Source: an uncultured Gammaproteobacteria bacterium (GTDB taxonomy: Bacteria > Patescibacteriota > Microgenomatia > Levybacterales > UBA12049). From it: a DNA stretch of 53,328 nucleotides. The position numbers were made by a program, and so were the translations under genes. The stretch covers positions 778,627 through 831,954 of the forward strand of contig OZ246394.1 of the NCBI GenBank assembly GCA_965230895.1. Direction: 5' to 3'. Positions 21,892 to 31,607 of the stretch are shown here, piece after piece. Under the pieces are notes generated by a model. That model was not told where the DNA came from. It saw only the letters and a list, made by a program, of their open reading frames with translations, and made no database searches. Numbering within the stretch: position 1 is the stretch's first letter; the number at the start of each line of letters is the position of its first letter.

Positions 21892-22649
21892 TAATTATAT
21901 CTTCCTGCCAACACATTTCTCTTAATTTTTATCAGATCTTTTACACCCTGAATAGCATCTCGTACAGGATTCACACGACGTGTCTCTACATGCAGCCAAT
22001 GGACAGGAACTTCCTTTATCTTATATCCACTTCTACGGGCTATATAAAGAAGCTCTATATCAGAACCAAAAGTTATAGCTGTTCCTTTTACTTTTTCAAA
22101 ACCATTCTTTAACTTTTTCAATTTTGTAAAGACCTCATCAGCTGCTTTTGCGGTAAACATCTTAAAACCACATTGCGTATCTGTTATATCATTAATACCT
22201 ATGACCATTTTCCGCATAATAATTGCACTTCTTGAGATAAATAATCGAATGCCTGGTGCTCCTTTTCTCTGCGTGCTTCTTGAACCAATTGCGATATCGT
22301 AATCTCCACTTTCCAAGTATGGAAGCAGATTATCAACTTCTTCAATAGGAGTTGCCTGATCCATATCGGTAAAAAGTCGATATTGTCCTGATGCACGAAG
22401 CATGCCAGTTGTAACAGCTCCAGCTTTTCCATAATGTGGATTTTTAATAAGAATGAAGTGAGGGTTTTCTTTTATAAACTTCTCTATAAATTCGACACTA
22501 CCGTCCTTGGACCCGTCGTCCGCGATAATAACTTCGTAGGAAATCTTTTTCTTTTCGAGGAAATGCTGTACTTTCTCAAGCACACCTTTCTGGAGATTAG
22601 CCATCTCGTCATAGCAAGGGATAACTACTGAAAGGAATATTTTATTCAC
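21891..22649 (-). CDS. GT2 polyprenyl-phosphate glycosyltransferase
   Basis: LSVVIPCYDE..IADDGSKDGS..GKAGAVTTG..LFTDMDQATP. Confidence 0.8.
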   Translation of the reverse strand: MNKIFLSVVIPCYDEMANLQKGVLEKVQHFLEKKKISYEVIIADDGSKDGSVEFIEKFIKENPHFILIKNPHYGKAGAVTTGMLRASGQYRLFTDMDQATPIEEVDNLLPYLESGDYDIAIGSRSTQRKGAPGIRLFISRSAIIMRKMVIGINDITDTQCGFKMFTAKAADEVFTKLKKLKNGFEKVKGTAITFGSDIELLYIARRSGYKIKEVPVHWLHVETRRVNPVRDAIQGVKDLIKIKRNVLAGRYN

Positions 22650-22697
22650 TCTAGAATTATACCACTATTAAGCTGGTTCAGGAATGCATATCACAAA

Positions 22698-22706
22698 TGA
22701 TATACT
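22698..22706 (+). promoter_or_regulatory. Candidate extended -10 (TGaTATACT) giving a near-leaderless transcript for 22713-24257
   Basis: TGATATACT lies 6 nt upstream of ATG 22713. No convincing -35 and no SD. Confidence 0.3.
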
Positions 22707-22712
22707 TAACCA

Positions 22713-24257
22713 ATGAGGAAGTATTCTTCAATTTTATCTAGTATTCTTATTCTTTTCTTCCTACTCGCCTTCTATTTTTTCCTTTATAAGATGTATGTCC
22801 CCTTTATTAATTCGTTTGGATGTTTTGATGAATGTATGAACATTGGTGGGGGTTATTTCATGACGCAAGGAAAGGCACTCTTCTCACAAGTATGGTTCAA
22901 TCATCAACCATTCATGGGATATCTTAGCTACATAATCCAGACAATCTTTCAACCAATTAACATCTACGAACTACTTCTACGCCATTTCCAATTCCTGATG
23001 GTATTTAGCTTCATAGCAAGTTTCTTTATTATAAAACGATTTGGATGGGCAGGTCTGGGATTTGTAGTTGTATATGAGCTTTCAAAGTTTTATATATTTG
23101 GAAATCGATTTCTTGGCGAATCTTTGGTAGCATATGTGCTTGTCTACATGGTAGGTTTAATCTGGCTCAAATACTCTGATAAGCCTATTTATAAGGTAGA
23201 ATATATAGCAAGTGCAATAATGCTTTGGTTTGTTCTTTTTACGAGAGAACCATTTTCCCTTACAGCCTTAGCCGCTTACGCCATATTATTATGGAAACCC
23301 AAAGAAATATATAAGAAGATCTCTTTGGCAGTTCTTGCGGCGCTTACGAGCATTACGTTATTATTGCAACCTTTTCAAGAATACTTTTACAATCTTTTTG
23401 TAGTCACAAGCAATGCAACTACAGGAAATGAATTACAAAATAATTTAGCAGGAGAAGGAGTCCTTAAGGTCTTCTTTTATCCACTTTTCGTAATCTTCGA
23501 TGCATTTACAAAACAGTTTAACGAATTTTGGATGCTGTTGACTGGACTCTGCGTACTTTTTATTATTGCATCAATATATGTTCTCGTTGTACGAAAAAAA
23601 TATTGGTTTATTGCTGTTTTGTACCTATTACTTGGTTTAACAAATTTGCGTTATTTGCCGTTTGGAGAAACATATTATAGTGCGTTCCACATTATCCCAT
23701 GGTTTGCTATGGTCGTATTTTCAACGTGGCTTGTCATCTTGGATAAATTTGGTCAATATAAAAAATTTTGTATTCCATTGGTAACCATTTTTATTGGAGT
23801 ATTCATACTCTATATGACTCAACCAAATACCTTTTTTAAGCACCCTGCAGACCCGCAACGAGATCTTTTAGTTAATTATGGAGAAGTAATGAATGTAGGA
23901 TCTATTGTGAATACGCTTTCCGCACCTCAGAATACACTTTTTATAGATAGAGCCGGAGCAAATGATTCAATGGCATTAGCTTACTTTACAGCACAAAGGC
24001 CTTCCTCTTATGCATACTCATGGTATGTATATTTCGCCCCAGGCTATCCTCGATACACTCAAGCAAGAGGAAAAATGTTTCAAGTGTCTCCACCAGATTT
24101 CTACTATTCAGGAGCTATTGATAAAGATGTGAAGAAGAATTACCAACAGCTTTTTATTAATAACAAGCCTAGTAAACTGTATGTAAAAAAAGCTGTTTAT
24201 CAGAAAATCTCCCAGGATCGTTTTCAAAAAGCCAAAGAACATGGGCTTACGAAATAA
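22713..24257 (+). CDS. Polytopic membrane protein, GT-C-like
   Basis: FGCFDECMNIGGGYF loop motif, more than 10 TM helices, C-terminal soluble domain. Divergent from the main array. Confidence 0.5.
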   Translation: MRKYSSILSSILILFFLLAFYFFLYKMYVPFINSFGCFDECMNIGGGYFMTQGKALFSQVWFNHQPFMGYLSYIIQTIFQPINIYELLLRHFQFLMVFSFIASFFIIKRFGWAGLGFVVVYELSKFYIFGNRFLGESLVAYVLVYMVGLIWLKYSDKPIYKVEYIASAIMLWFVLFTREPFSLTALAAYAILLWKPKEIYKKISLAVLAALTSITLLLQPFQEYFYNLFVVTSNATTGNELQNNLAGEGVLKVFFYPLFVIFDAFTKQFNEFWMLLTGLCVLFIIASIYVLVVRKKYWFIAVLYLLLGLTNLRYLPFGETYYSAFHIIPWFAMVVFSTWLVILDKFGQYKKFCIPLVTIFIGVFILYMTQPNTFFKHPADPQRDLLVNYGEVMNVGSIVNTLSAPQNTLFIDRAGANDSMALAYFTAQRPSSYAYSWYVYFAPGYPRYTQARGKMFQVSPPDFYYSGAIDKDVKKNYQQLFINNKPSKLYVKKAVYQKISQDRFQKAKEHGLTK

Positions 24258-24273
24258 ATTGTTCATTGAAACT

Positions 24274-24678
24274 ATGAAGAAAAAGTATATTGATAAGCTC
24301 ACCTATATCCTCATTAGACATCGACGTGTCCTGGCTACTTTAAGCCAAGGGAAAGATACGTGGATGCTCCCTGGTGGAAAAAGAGAAGGAAACGAGACAG
24401 ATATCGCAGCACTCTCTCGTGAAGTCAAAGAAGAACTCACAGTCGACCTTATTGAAGATACGATTAAACCATACGGAGTTTTTGAAGCTCAAGCGCATGG
24501 TAAACCCAAAGGTACAATTGTACGAATGACCTGTTATACCGGAAATTGCAGTGGACTTTTAAAGGCAAATGCAGAAATAGAAAGAATTGATTTTCATTCT
24601 TATGCAGAACGAGAGATATGCTCTGAGGCAAGTAAGCTTATTTATGATGATCTTAAGAAGAAAGATCTCATCGATTAG
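24274..24678 (+). CDS. NUDIX hydrolase
   Basis: Nudix box GGKREGNETDIAALSREVKEELTV. Start uncertain (24241 or 24274). Confidence 0.8.
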   Translation: MKKKYIDKLTYILIRHRRVLATLSQGKDTWMLPGGKREGNETDIAALSREVKEELTVDLIEDTIKPYGVFEAQAHGKPKGTIVRMTCYTGNCSGLLKANAEIERIDFHSYAEREICSEASKLIYDDLKKKDLID

Positions 24679-25354
24679 TATGTGCAATCTTGCTGCCAAA
24701 TTTTCTTTTTGTTGCTTGGAAGAGAACGTTTTTCGTCGCCCCTGAACCTGAAACATCAACATATCCTGCCACATGCTTCTTATCTGCAAATGTATCTCTT
24801 GAATCAAAGAAGACCACGCCTGAATCAGGATGAATCGCTACTGGAGAGACATCAAAACTTGGTCTTCCAACCACGTCTCGAAGGTATCTGCTATGGATCA
24901 TCGCTGTATGGTAATCAGTTGAAAGTGGTGAAAGAATTCCGACATTTGGATTTAATAAGTCATCACCGAATATGGTTATTTCATTACCATTATTATAAAA
25001 GCTTTGAACTGCAATTGCCCAATCCCTATCAAAACTATCAACTGAATCAAGCATCACCATAGCTGATATATCAGGTGGAAGGTTCTTCTTTGCAAGTGGC
25101 GGATAAGAATCATATCGTTCTTGCATGAACTCTAATTCCCTATCAAGCCGATCTCTCGTCTTAGCAGCTTCTAACTGGGATTTGGGAGCAATTACAAGCT
25201 GAGAAGAAGTAGTTATCAATTGTTCTGCATCAAAAAGAGGATCAATCGCTTCATCACCTTCGAGACTATAAAACGCAGCATTGCGCATTCGTCGACTGAC
25301 TAAGAGTGTCTCCTCAATGCGTTGAGTATCTTTGTTTGAAAGCTCTACTGGCAT
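24668..25354 (-). CDS. Hypothetical protein
   Basis: 228-aa ORF with no motif I recognise. Confidence 0.45.
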   Translation of the reverse strand: MPVELSNKDTQRIEETLLVSRRMRNAAFYSLEGDEAIDPLFDAEQLITTSSQLVIAPKSQLEAAKTRDRLDRELEFMQERYDSYPPLAKKNLPPDISAMVMLDSVDSFDRDWAIAVQSFYNNGNEITIFGDDLLNPNVGILSPLSTDYHTAMIHSRYLRDVVGRPSFDVSPVAIHPDSGVVFFDSRDTFADKKHVAGYVDVSGSGATKNVLFQATKRKFGSKIAHTNR

Positions 25355-25410
25355 AAGGCTGGCATTATAACAATTTTCATTATAATTTTCAATATTATAG
25401 GATCATGTTA

Positions 25411-25439
25411 TTGCTTAGTTTGCCTCCATAAGGTAAAAT
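25411..25439 (+). promoter_or_regulatory. Candidate sigma70-type promoter of tRNA-Glu
   Basis: TTGCTT (25411-16), 17-nt spacer, TAAAAT (25434-39), 14 nt before the tRNA 5' end. Confidence 0.45.
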
Positions 25440-25453
25440 AGAGCCTAGTGATC

Positions 25454-25530
25454 GGCCCCATCGTCTAGCGGCCTAGGACGTCAGGTTCTCATCCTGAAGA
25501 TCGCGGGTTCGATTCCCGCTGGGGTCACCA
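25454..25530 (+). tRNA. tRNA-Glu (anticodon CTC), CCA encoded
   Basis: Hand-folded. Acceptor GGCCCCA/TGGGGTC, D stem GTCT/GGAC, anticodon stem TCAGG/CCTGA with loop TTCTCAT, 5-nt variable loop, T stem GCGGG/CCCGC with loop TTCGATT, discriminator A plus CCA. Confidence 0.9.
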
Positions 25531-27044
25531 AACGCGACGCTTGTGTCATTAAGTGATCGAATATATTGATATAATGGGCTAATCGTGGTGTTCGAAATGC
25601 CTGGATAGCTCCATGACAGTTTTGAGGCAAATATCGAACTCAGCAAGATTTTTTGTAAAGTTAGGTTCGAATTCGTATATGTTTGCCCCAAGTTTTCGAA
25701 ATACTCTTTTATAAAAGATATAATATCTTCAAGATTATATTTTCTAAGTAGTACATCACTTTTAGCTACCTGTAACGCCGTTATTTTCTCTTCTAGAAAT
25801 TTATTTTGTTCTCTGAATATTTCGTCCGAATATATGCCACTGAGGTTTTTTTCAATCAAGGCTTGTCGTAATGCATAGAGCTTGGTAAGTTCTGTATCCG
25901 CTTCATCTTTTTTCTTCTGGAGTTGTGATAGCCTTTTTATATACGTTCGTCGTAACAGTGCTATAAAAAGCTTAAGACACTCTTCCGTAGGTGTTACTTC
26001 CTCCAATAGCTCTATTAGCTTTTTGTGAACATCTCCAACTGCAACAGAGGAAGCTCCGCATCTGTCTCTACAAAAATAGTAGGCATAACGACTTGTCTTC
26101 CCCTTTGACCATGCACCTGTAAAAACCATGCCGCATTTACCACAAGTCATAACTCTTCTTAAAGGAAAATCCGTATTGTCTTTATTTTTCTTGGCAAGAG
26201 GAGTTGCTATATTGGTATTCCTTCCGTCCAAGATGGCTTGTATTCGATAGAACTGTTGTTCTGTTACCATAGGAGGGTGTTGACCTCTAATCTCTTCAGG
26301 AGATTTTGTTGAAGTTAAAATTCCCATATAGAATTTATTTCTAAAAATTCTATTTACTGTTTGTTTAACAATCAGATTTTCTTTCCCTTTCAAGGTTATA
26401 CGAAGTCCTAAATCATTCATGATTTTTGCCATTTCAGCAAGAGTCTTGCTTCCTGTTGCCATTAATTCCCATGCTTGTTGCAATTTATCGAATGTTTGAG
26501 GGTCTTTTGTTACATAGCCATTTTGATTAAGGTAACCAAATGGTACAACTCCAGTGTGCAGTCCAGCAAGAAATCTTGCTCTCATACCGTTTTTTGTTCT
26601 TTCTGATCTAACATCATTATCAAGCTGTGCAAAACCTGCAAGCATTGTTTCAATAAGTTTTTCTGTTGGGCTATTTCCTGTAGGTTCGGTAGCTGAAAGT
26701 AAGGTAATTTCACATTCTGCTAATTTTTTTCTGATCGCTAAATAGTCAGCGGTTTGTCGCGAAATACGATCAAGTCTGTAAACAAAAACAGCACTGAAAG
26801 ACTGCTTATTTTTTCTACAATATTCAAGGAGTTTGATAAGAACAGGTCTGCCAAGAATAGTTTTTGCAGATCGACCTTCTTCTTTAAATACTTCTATTAT
26901 TTCAAACCCTCGTCGTAAAGCTTCTTTTCGACACAATTCCTCTTGTGTTCCAAGAGAGAAGTTATCTACCTGTTCTTCTGTGGAAACGCGTAAATATATT
27001 ATGGCTTTTTTGGGTTTTACATCATCTTTGTAGGCATTCATCAT
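25473..27044 (-). CDS. Large serine recombinase (integrase)
   Basis: AIIYLRVSTEEQ (catalytic Ser), VFVYRLDRISRQ, recombinase domain, zinc ribbon CGKCG..YYFCRDRC, long coiled coil. The last 19 codons plus the stop lie on the reverse complement of tRNA-Glu. Confidence 0.9.
   Translation of the reverse strand: MMNAYKDDVKPKKAIIYLRVSTEEQVDNFSLGTQEELCRKEALRRGFEIIEVFKEEGRSAKTILGRPVLIKLLEYCRKNKQSFSAVFVYRLDRISRQTADYLAIRKKLAECEITLLSATEPTGNSPTEKLIETMLAGFAQLDNDVRSERTKNGMRARFLAGLHTGVVPFGYLNQNGYVTKDPQTFDKLQQAWELMATGSKTLAEMAKIMNDLGLRITLKGKENLIVKQTVNRIFRNKFYMGILTSTKSPEEIRGQHPPMVTEQQFYRIQAILDGRNTNIATPLAKKNKDNTDFPLRRVMTCGKCGMVFTGAWSKGKTSRYAYYFCRDRCGASSVAVGDVHKKLIELLEEVTPTEECLKLFIALLRRTYIKRLSQLQKKKDEADTELTKLYALRQALIEKNLSGIYSDEIFREQNKFLEEKITALQVAKSDVLLRKYNLEDIISFIKEYFENLGQTYTNSNLTLQKILLSSIFASKLSWSYPGISNTTISPLYQYIRSLNDTSVAFGDPSGNRTRDLQDENLTS
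25521..25530 (+). repeat. Left copy of the 10-bp direct repeat GGGGTCACCA (candidate attL core, tRNA 3' end)
   Basis: Exact 10-mer also present at 52186-52195 in the same orientation. Confidence 0.5.
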
Positions 27045-27325
27045 TAGGTTGTTTTAAGTAATTCCTGTAACGTTTTTCCTTCAAATGTTTGCCTTTCAAA
27101 ATCATCAAGCCATGTGTCTGCAAGGTGTTCAAAGTCTGCAACAAGACACTCTAATTGTTCGTCTGTATATTGATTAGCAGTATCACCAAGAATTGTTCTT
27201 GCTTTGGCTGTCTTACTTTGTTGTTGAGGCTCAGAAATGAGGCTATTCAGTGCTTGAAATGATGTATTTGTTAAATCTAAAGTCTGCATACTATTACTAT
27301 CAATATATGGATAGTATATATCCAA
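27044..27325 (-). CDS. Small acidic hypothetical protein, translationally coupled to the recombinase (TAATG overlap)
   Basis: 93 aa; its stop overlaps the recombinase ATG by 1 nt. Confidence 0.5.
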   Translation of the reverse strand: MDIYYPYIDSNSMQTLDLTNTSFQALNSLISEPQQQSKTAKARTILGDTANQYTDEQLECLVADFEHLADTWLDDFERQTFEGKTLQELLKTT

Positions 27326-27399
27326 ATAGGGATAGTTGTCAAGAGGAAATTAGGCTTTTACCACGCAAAAGACATCGATAATAGCAAACACTATGAGGA

Positions 27400-28209
27400 T
27401 TAGTTATAGAAGACTATTTTGCCGCGCTGTACGGACTTTGTAGAGACTTTTTTATCTTCGGTACGTATTTCATAATAAGACTCTATTTTATTGTTTCTCA
27501 GGCTTTTGAAGGACGCCGCATACATTTTATTTTGCATAGGGTAAATTACGTTGATGAGGTCGTCAACAGATGAACTCATATTATTCACCATTATCGATGC
27601 CTTTTGCGTGGCAAAATCATATTCACCGACATACAAAGTATCTTTATCATAATAGATGGCTGTAATGACCTTTGATGATTTATAGACCTGCTCTTGAGAA
27701 AGCGTTTGGGTATTTATGACGAGTAGTTCATTGTCTTGTTTGTTTGTATCTGGGCGGGTAACACAGAAGATTTCTGTTGAAGATTTTATAAATGCTTGGT
27801 CACACAATATATTTAAATTCTTCTTATTATAATATGTTTCAAAACCTAGCTTATTATAAATTGAGTTTCCTTGGAAGTAGTCCAAAATAACTTCATTCAT
27901 GTCCTTTTCTTTCTTTTTGGTTTTCATATTGTATATCTCAGACTTCCAATCATTAGGATGTACGACAATGAGATAGGGATAATGAATTGATATACGATCC
28001 GGGTATAGAGACAATTGTTCTTTTAAAGAGAAAAAAGTTAATGTAGGTTGTGAAAAAACAACGATATTATCTACTGCTTTTTGTTGCTGTATTTTTGCAG
28101 GAATATATTTTAAATACATGACGATACCGTAGATAACGAAAAAAGCTATCACGATAAGCAATACTCCAATCTTTAACTTATTTCGTGTTTCAGTACTTAG
28201 ATCATTCAT
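27400..28209 (-). CDS. Bitopic membrane protein (T4SS-associated, VirB8/TcpC-position analog)
   Basis: Single N-terminal TM (IGVLLIVIAFFVIYGIVMYL) plus a ~220-aa outside domain. Function inferred from position only. Confidence 0.4.
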   Translation of the reverse strand: MNDLSTETRNKLKIGVLLIVIAFFVIYGIVMYLKYIPAKIQQQKAVDNIVVFSQPTLTFFSLKEQLSLYPDRISIHYPYLIVVHPNDWKSEIYNMKTKKKEKDMNEVILDYFQGNSIYNKLGFETYYNKKNLNILCDQAFIKSSTEIFCVTRPDTNKQDNELLVINTQTLSQEQVYKSSKVITAIYYDKDTLYVGEYDFATQKASIMVNNMSSSVDDLINVIYPMQNKMYAASFKSLRNNKIESYYEIRTEDKKVSTKSVQRGKIVFYN

Positions 28210-28681
28210 ACGTAACTTTCGTTGGTTTCTTTTTGAGCTTCGTTACCACAATATGCTCATCCTCTTGCCCGTTTCTTCGTGTATAAAACAGAGTTTGTGT
28301 CAATGACTTTATTCGTGTCACTTCGTTGCCATGGTCATCTACAAAAGATTGGTGATAGGTATTTTCTTTTATAAATAATTTTGATATGAGTGCAAGAGGA
28401 AGGAGAAATTGCGGAAAGAGCAATATGGCTATAAAACAATATCCAGATAAAACATGATTGGGAACATTATGCGCAAAAGAAAATTTATTCACAACCTTTA
28501 ATAGTGAATGCTCAAGGTACGGAAATATTTTCCAGAAAAAGAACACATAGACGGTACACGTAAAAAGCACAGTTAAAATATCACGTATCGACTTATCTGG
28601 TAAGTAATAACAATACCAAATGGCAAGTCCCGTAAAAAATAACAGATATGGTTTAAACAAGAGTTTTTTTAATATTTGCAT
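28202..28681 (-). CDS. Polytopic small membrane protein (T4SS operon)
   Basis: 3-4 hydrophobic helices; overlaps neighbours. Confidence 0.4.
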   Translation of the reverse strand: MQILKKLLFKPYLLFFTGLAIWYCYYLPDKSIRDILTVLFTCTVYVFFFWKIFPYLEHSLLKVVNKFSFAHNVPNHVLSGYCFIAILLFPQFLLPLALISKLFIKENTYHQSFVDDHGNEVTRIKSLTQTLFYTRRNGQEDEHIVVTKLKKKPTKVTYE

Positions 28682-28684
28682 AGC

Positions 28685-29440
28685 TTATTGTATATACCCT
28701 AACGGATTAACCGGTGTCCATACTCCATTATTATTGACTCGAATTTCATAATGTAAATGTTCACCAGTCGTAAATCCGGTATCACCCATCGTTCCAATTG
28801 GTTTGCCTGCCGTTAATGTCTCGCCACTGGTTACAAAGATTTTATTTAAATGCATATCTATTGTTTTAATCGAATTATCATTATTCAAAATCTCGACGGT
28901 ATGCGATCCATATTGGTCAACATAATAATTTACTTTTCCATTCATGGTTGCGTATACGGCAACATCACCAGTGGTCTTAAATGTTGCATTTGACTGATAA
29001 TACGCATCATCAGGTACAAAATCAACTCCTGTATGAACTCCACCAAAAAATGTATAGCTTGGATCCATAAACCCTGCTGTGATTTTAACAAATGTTAAAC
29101 CTGATCCACCTAAAGGATTTTGTATTGGAATATCTGTAGAGACAAAACTACCATCTGCAGGGAGTGAGATATTACTTGCGTTGGCATTTTTGGTAAAAGA
29201 TGGATTAGTGAATATACCAATAATCGCAATAAACAAAACTACAATGAGTACGACTCCGTTGAGTAAAATCGTCAAAACCATTCCTCGAAATTGCACCAGC
29301 AGTTCGGCAGCTAAAGGGAATGGGATAAAGATATAGGCAACAGCTCGAACTATCCAATCCAAAATCAACTCAAATGGATTATTTAGGAGAAGCTGTCCTT
29401 TATCCACTACGTTTTTTAGATTATAAATGTGCTTGACCAT
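28685..29440 (-). CDS. Membrane-anchored M23 peptidase (cell-wall hydrolase of the transfer apparatus)
   Basis: HTGVDF and GEHLHYEIR metal-ligand motifs, with N-terminal TM helices. Confidence 0.8.
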   Translation of the reverse strand: MVKHIYNLKNVVDKGQLLLNNPFELILDWIVRAVAYIFIPFPLAAELLVQFRGMVLTILLNGVVLIVVLFIAIIGIFTNPSFTKNANASNISLPADGSFVSTDIPIQNPLGGSGLTFVKITAGFMDPSYTFFGGVHTGVDFVPDDAYYQSNATFKTTGDVAVYATMNGKVNYYVDQYGSHTVEILNNDNSIKTIDMHLNKIFVTSGETLTAGKPIGTMGDTGFTTGEHLHYEIRVNNNGVWTPVNPLGYIQ

Positions 29441-29441
29441 C

Positions 29442-31607
29442 CTAGTTACTCTTCTTCATTTCAATCAGACTATCCTCATGGGGAAGAGACAAAATATCAA
29501 CACGCATATGTTCATTTTGTCGATAGAGAACAATCTCTCCAATCTCAAGTTCTCCCAATTGTCTTTTCTCCTCATCAGTCATTGGAAATATATTTTCCAT
29601 CAGCGGTATTGTTGCATAAGATTGTTTCAGAAGAATTTTTGTTTCCGAATTGGTAATAATTGCTTTGCCTAAATCATTATCAAGAAAGTCCTGAATGTCT
29701 TGCGTTATGGAGACAACTCCCATGTTTCGTTTTCTTGCTTGTTTGACAAGCTTTCTATAAAAGACTGCAACATCCGTATCAACCAGCAAATTGTGTGCCT
29801 CATCAATAAATAACATTTTCTTTCGTTTTGATCGTTGATTAGACAAACTCCAAATGAGTGAGGTAAGTAAATACATTGCTGGTGCTTTTTCTTCAGTTTC
29901 GCCAAGAGGAGAAAGATTGAAAACAATAAGATCATTATCTAAATGAATTTCTCGCTCTGCATTAAAAACACCTTGTAGACTTCCTTTGTCTAAAATCATT
30001 AAATCTGCATGCATCGGTGTTCCCTTTAACTCTTTTAAGAACATTGAGAATGTTGGTTTAACCTTTGGATACTTCTCGTAAAGCTTTACTAAGACATTAT
30101 CGAGAACCGCACCGTCATATCGTTCAGTACGAATAAAGAATTTGAAAAAGGTTTTGAGAACCCCAATGTGATCGAGAATATCATTTGGATCATCGGAGGC
30201 AATCGAAAAAGGATTAATGCCATTATCCCGTGAGAAATCGACAACTTCTCCACCCATTTCTTTTGCAAAGTGTATGTATTCTCCTTCAGGATCAATGATG
30301 ATGATTTGTGTATTTCGCATATAGAGTCGTGTAGCAAGTAGTTTTGCTGTCACCGATTTTCCCATACCGGATTGTCCGAAGATGTTAATGTTGCTATTAT
30401 TAATATTTCGTTCATCAATAGTGAAAGGATTTACAAACACTAAACTGTTATGGTATCGATTCACACCAAGAAAAATTCCTTTTGGATCGTGAATTTGTTT
30501 GGCGACGAATGGTGTGAGATAGGCAACTGCCGATGATTGTAATATCCTATTTTGATTCAGACGATCTTCATTAAATGGTAGCGTAGTTTCAAATGCCTTT
30601 TTCTGTCCATAGATATATTTAGTTAAGGTAAGTTCAAGTCCATCAGTAAAATTCTTTAACTCTTTGTGCAGTTGTTTTAATTCATTTTTATCTTGCGCTT
30701 GAATGGAGAGGTAGAACGAATAGATAAATCCTTTTTCATACTCATGCACAAGTTCATAAATAAATTGGCTTATCTCCTCAATACTTTTCTCGACCTGTTG
30801 ATCTTTGAGTTTTCCTTTCTGCTGCCGTTCTGATTGCTTGAGTTCTAGGACAGATAACCGCTCTTTTGCTTTTTTGATCAGCTCCTGGCTATTTGAAGGC
30901 TCAATAAACATACTGATCGTGAATGGTAAGTGAGATGTTGCAAGTTTGAAGAGAACATCATCAGTTAAAAACGCTGGTACATCGGTTAAATAATAGGTTG
31001 CAATTAACTTCTCATCCAAGGTAATATGCGTACTTTTCGCTTTTGTATTTTCTGGTTTGTACAATCGTGCGCCATTAGCATCCAGCCGAATACCATCTTG
31101 GATTTTGCCAAGGGTGATATTCATTTCTGATCCTTTTGCTTTCGTCAGTGCGTCTTTGTATTCTTGTTTTTCGTAACGATATAATCGTATATTTCTCATT
31201 AATGTCTTGGGAGAAATAGACCATAAGAGTTTAGGCTCTGTAAGTCCAATAATGGGATTATTAATGGCTTTGTCTACGATTTGCTCGCGATACTGTTCGA
31301 GTAACCCTTCCAAACGCTGAATTTCCTGTTTATATATTTTGAGTACTTTCTTCTCTGTTGTCGCAAGTGGATGGTTCTCTAATTTTTTCAATTCCTCAAG
31401 TCCACCATAAATTTCCTGATTATGAGAAGCGAGTGTTTGGATCTTTTGTAATGTTTTGTTTTCATATCCAATTTTTTCTTGCAATGCTTCTAACTTTTGA
31501 GCTGCAATTTTATTCTTGCTCTGCAGATCTGCATAGAGATGTACACCAAGATCAAATTGCAGTTTCTTCTTTTTCAATTTGGTAAGTAATGAATCTTTCT
31601 TTCTCAT
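29442..31607 (-). CDS. VirB4/TrbE-like T4SS ATPase with N-terminal coiled-coil extension
   Basis: Walker A GQSGMGKSV and Walker B MLFIDEAHNLL. About 190 N-terminal residues are heptad-like and K/E/L-rich. Confidence 0.85.
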   Translation of the reverse strand: MRKKDSLLTKLKKKKLQFDLGVHLYADLQSKNKIAAQKLEALQEKIGYENKTLQKIQTLASHNQEIYGGLEELKKLENHPLATTEKKVLKIYKQEIQRLEGLLEQYREQIVDKAINNPIIGLTEPKLLWSISPKTLMRNIRLYRYEKQEYKDALTKAKGSEMNITLGKIQDGIRLDANGARLYKPENTKAKSTHITLDEKLIATYYLTDVPAFLTDDVLFKLATSHLPFTISMFIEPSNSQELIKKAKERLSVLELKQSERQQKGKLKDQQVEKSIEEISQFIYELVHEYEKGFIYSFYLSIQAQDKNELKQLHKELKNFTDGLELTLTKYIYGQKKAFETTLPFNEDRLNQNRILQSSAVAYLTPFVAKQIHDPKGIFLGVNRYHNSLVFVNPFTIDERNINNSNINIFGQSGMGKSVTAKLLATRLYMRNTQIIIIDPEGEYIHFAKEMGGEVVDFSRDNGINPFSIASDDPNDILDHIGVLKTFFKFFIRTERYDGAVLDNVLVKLYEKYPKVKPTFSMFLKELKGTPMHADLMILDKGSLQGVFNAEREIHLDNDLIVFNLSPLGETEEKAPAMYLLTSLIWSLSNQRSKRKKMLFIDEAHNLLVDTDVAVFYRKLVKQARKRNMGVVSITQDIQDFLDNDLGKAIITNSETKILLKQSYATIPLMENIFPMTDEEKRQLGELEIGEIVLYRQNEHMRVDILSLPHEDSLIEMKKSN

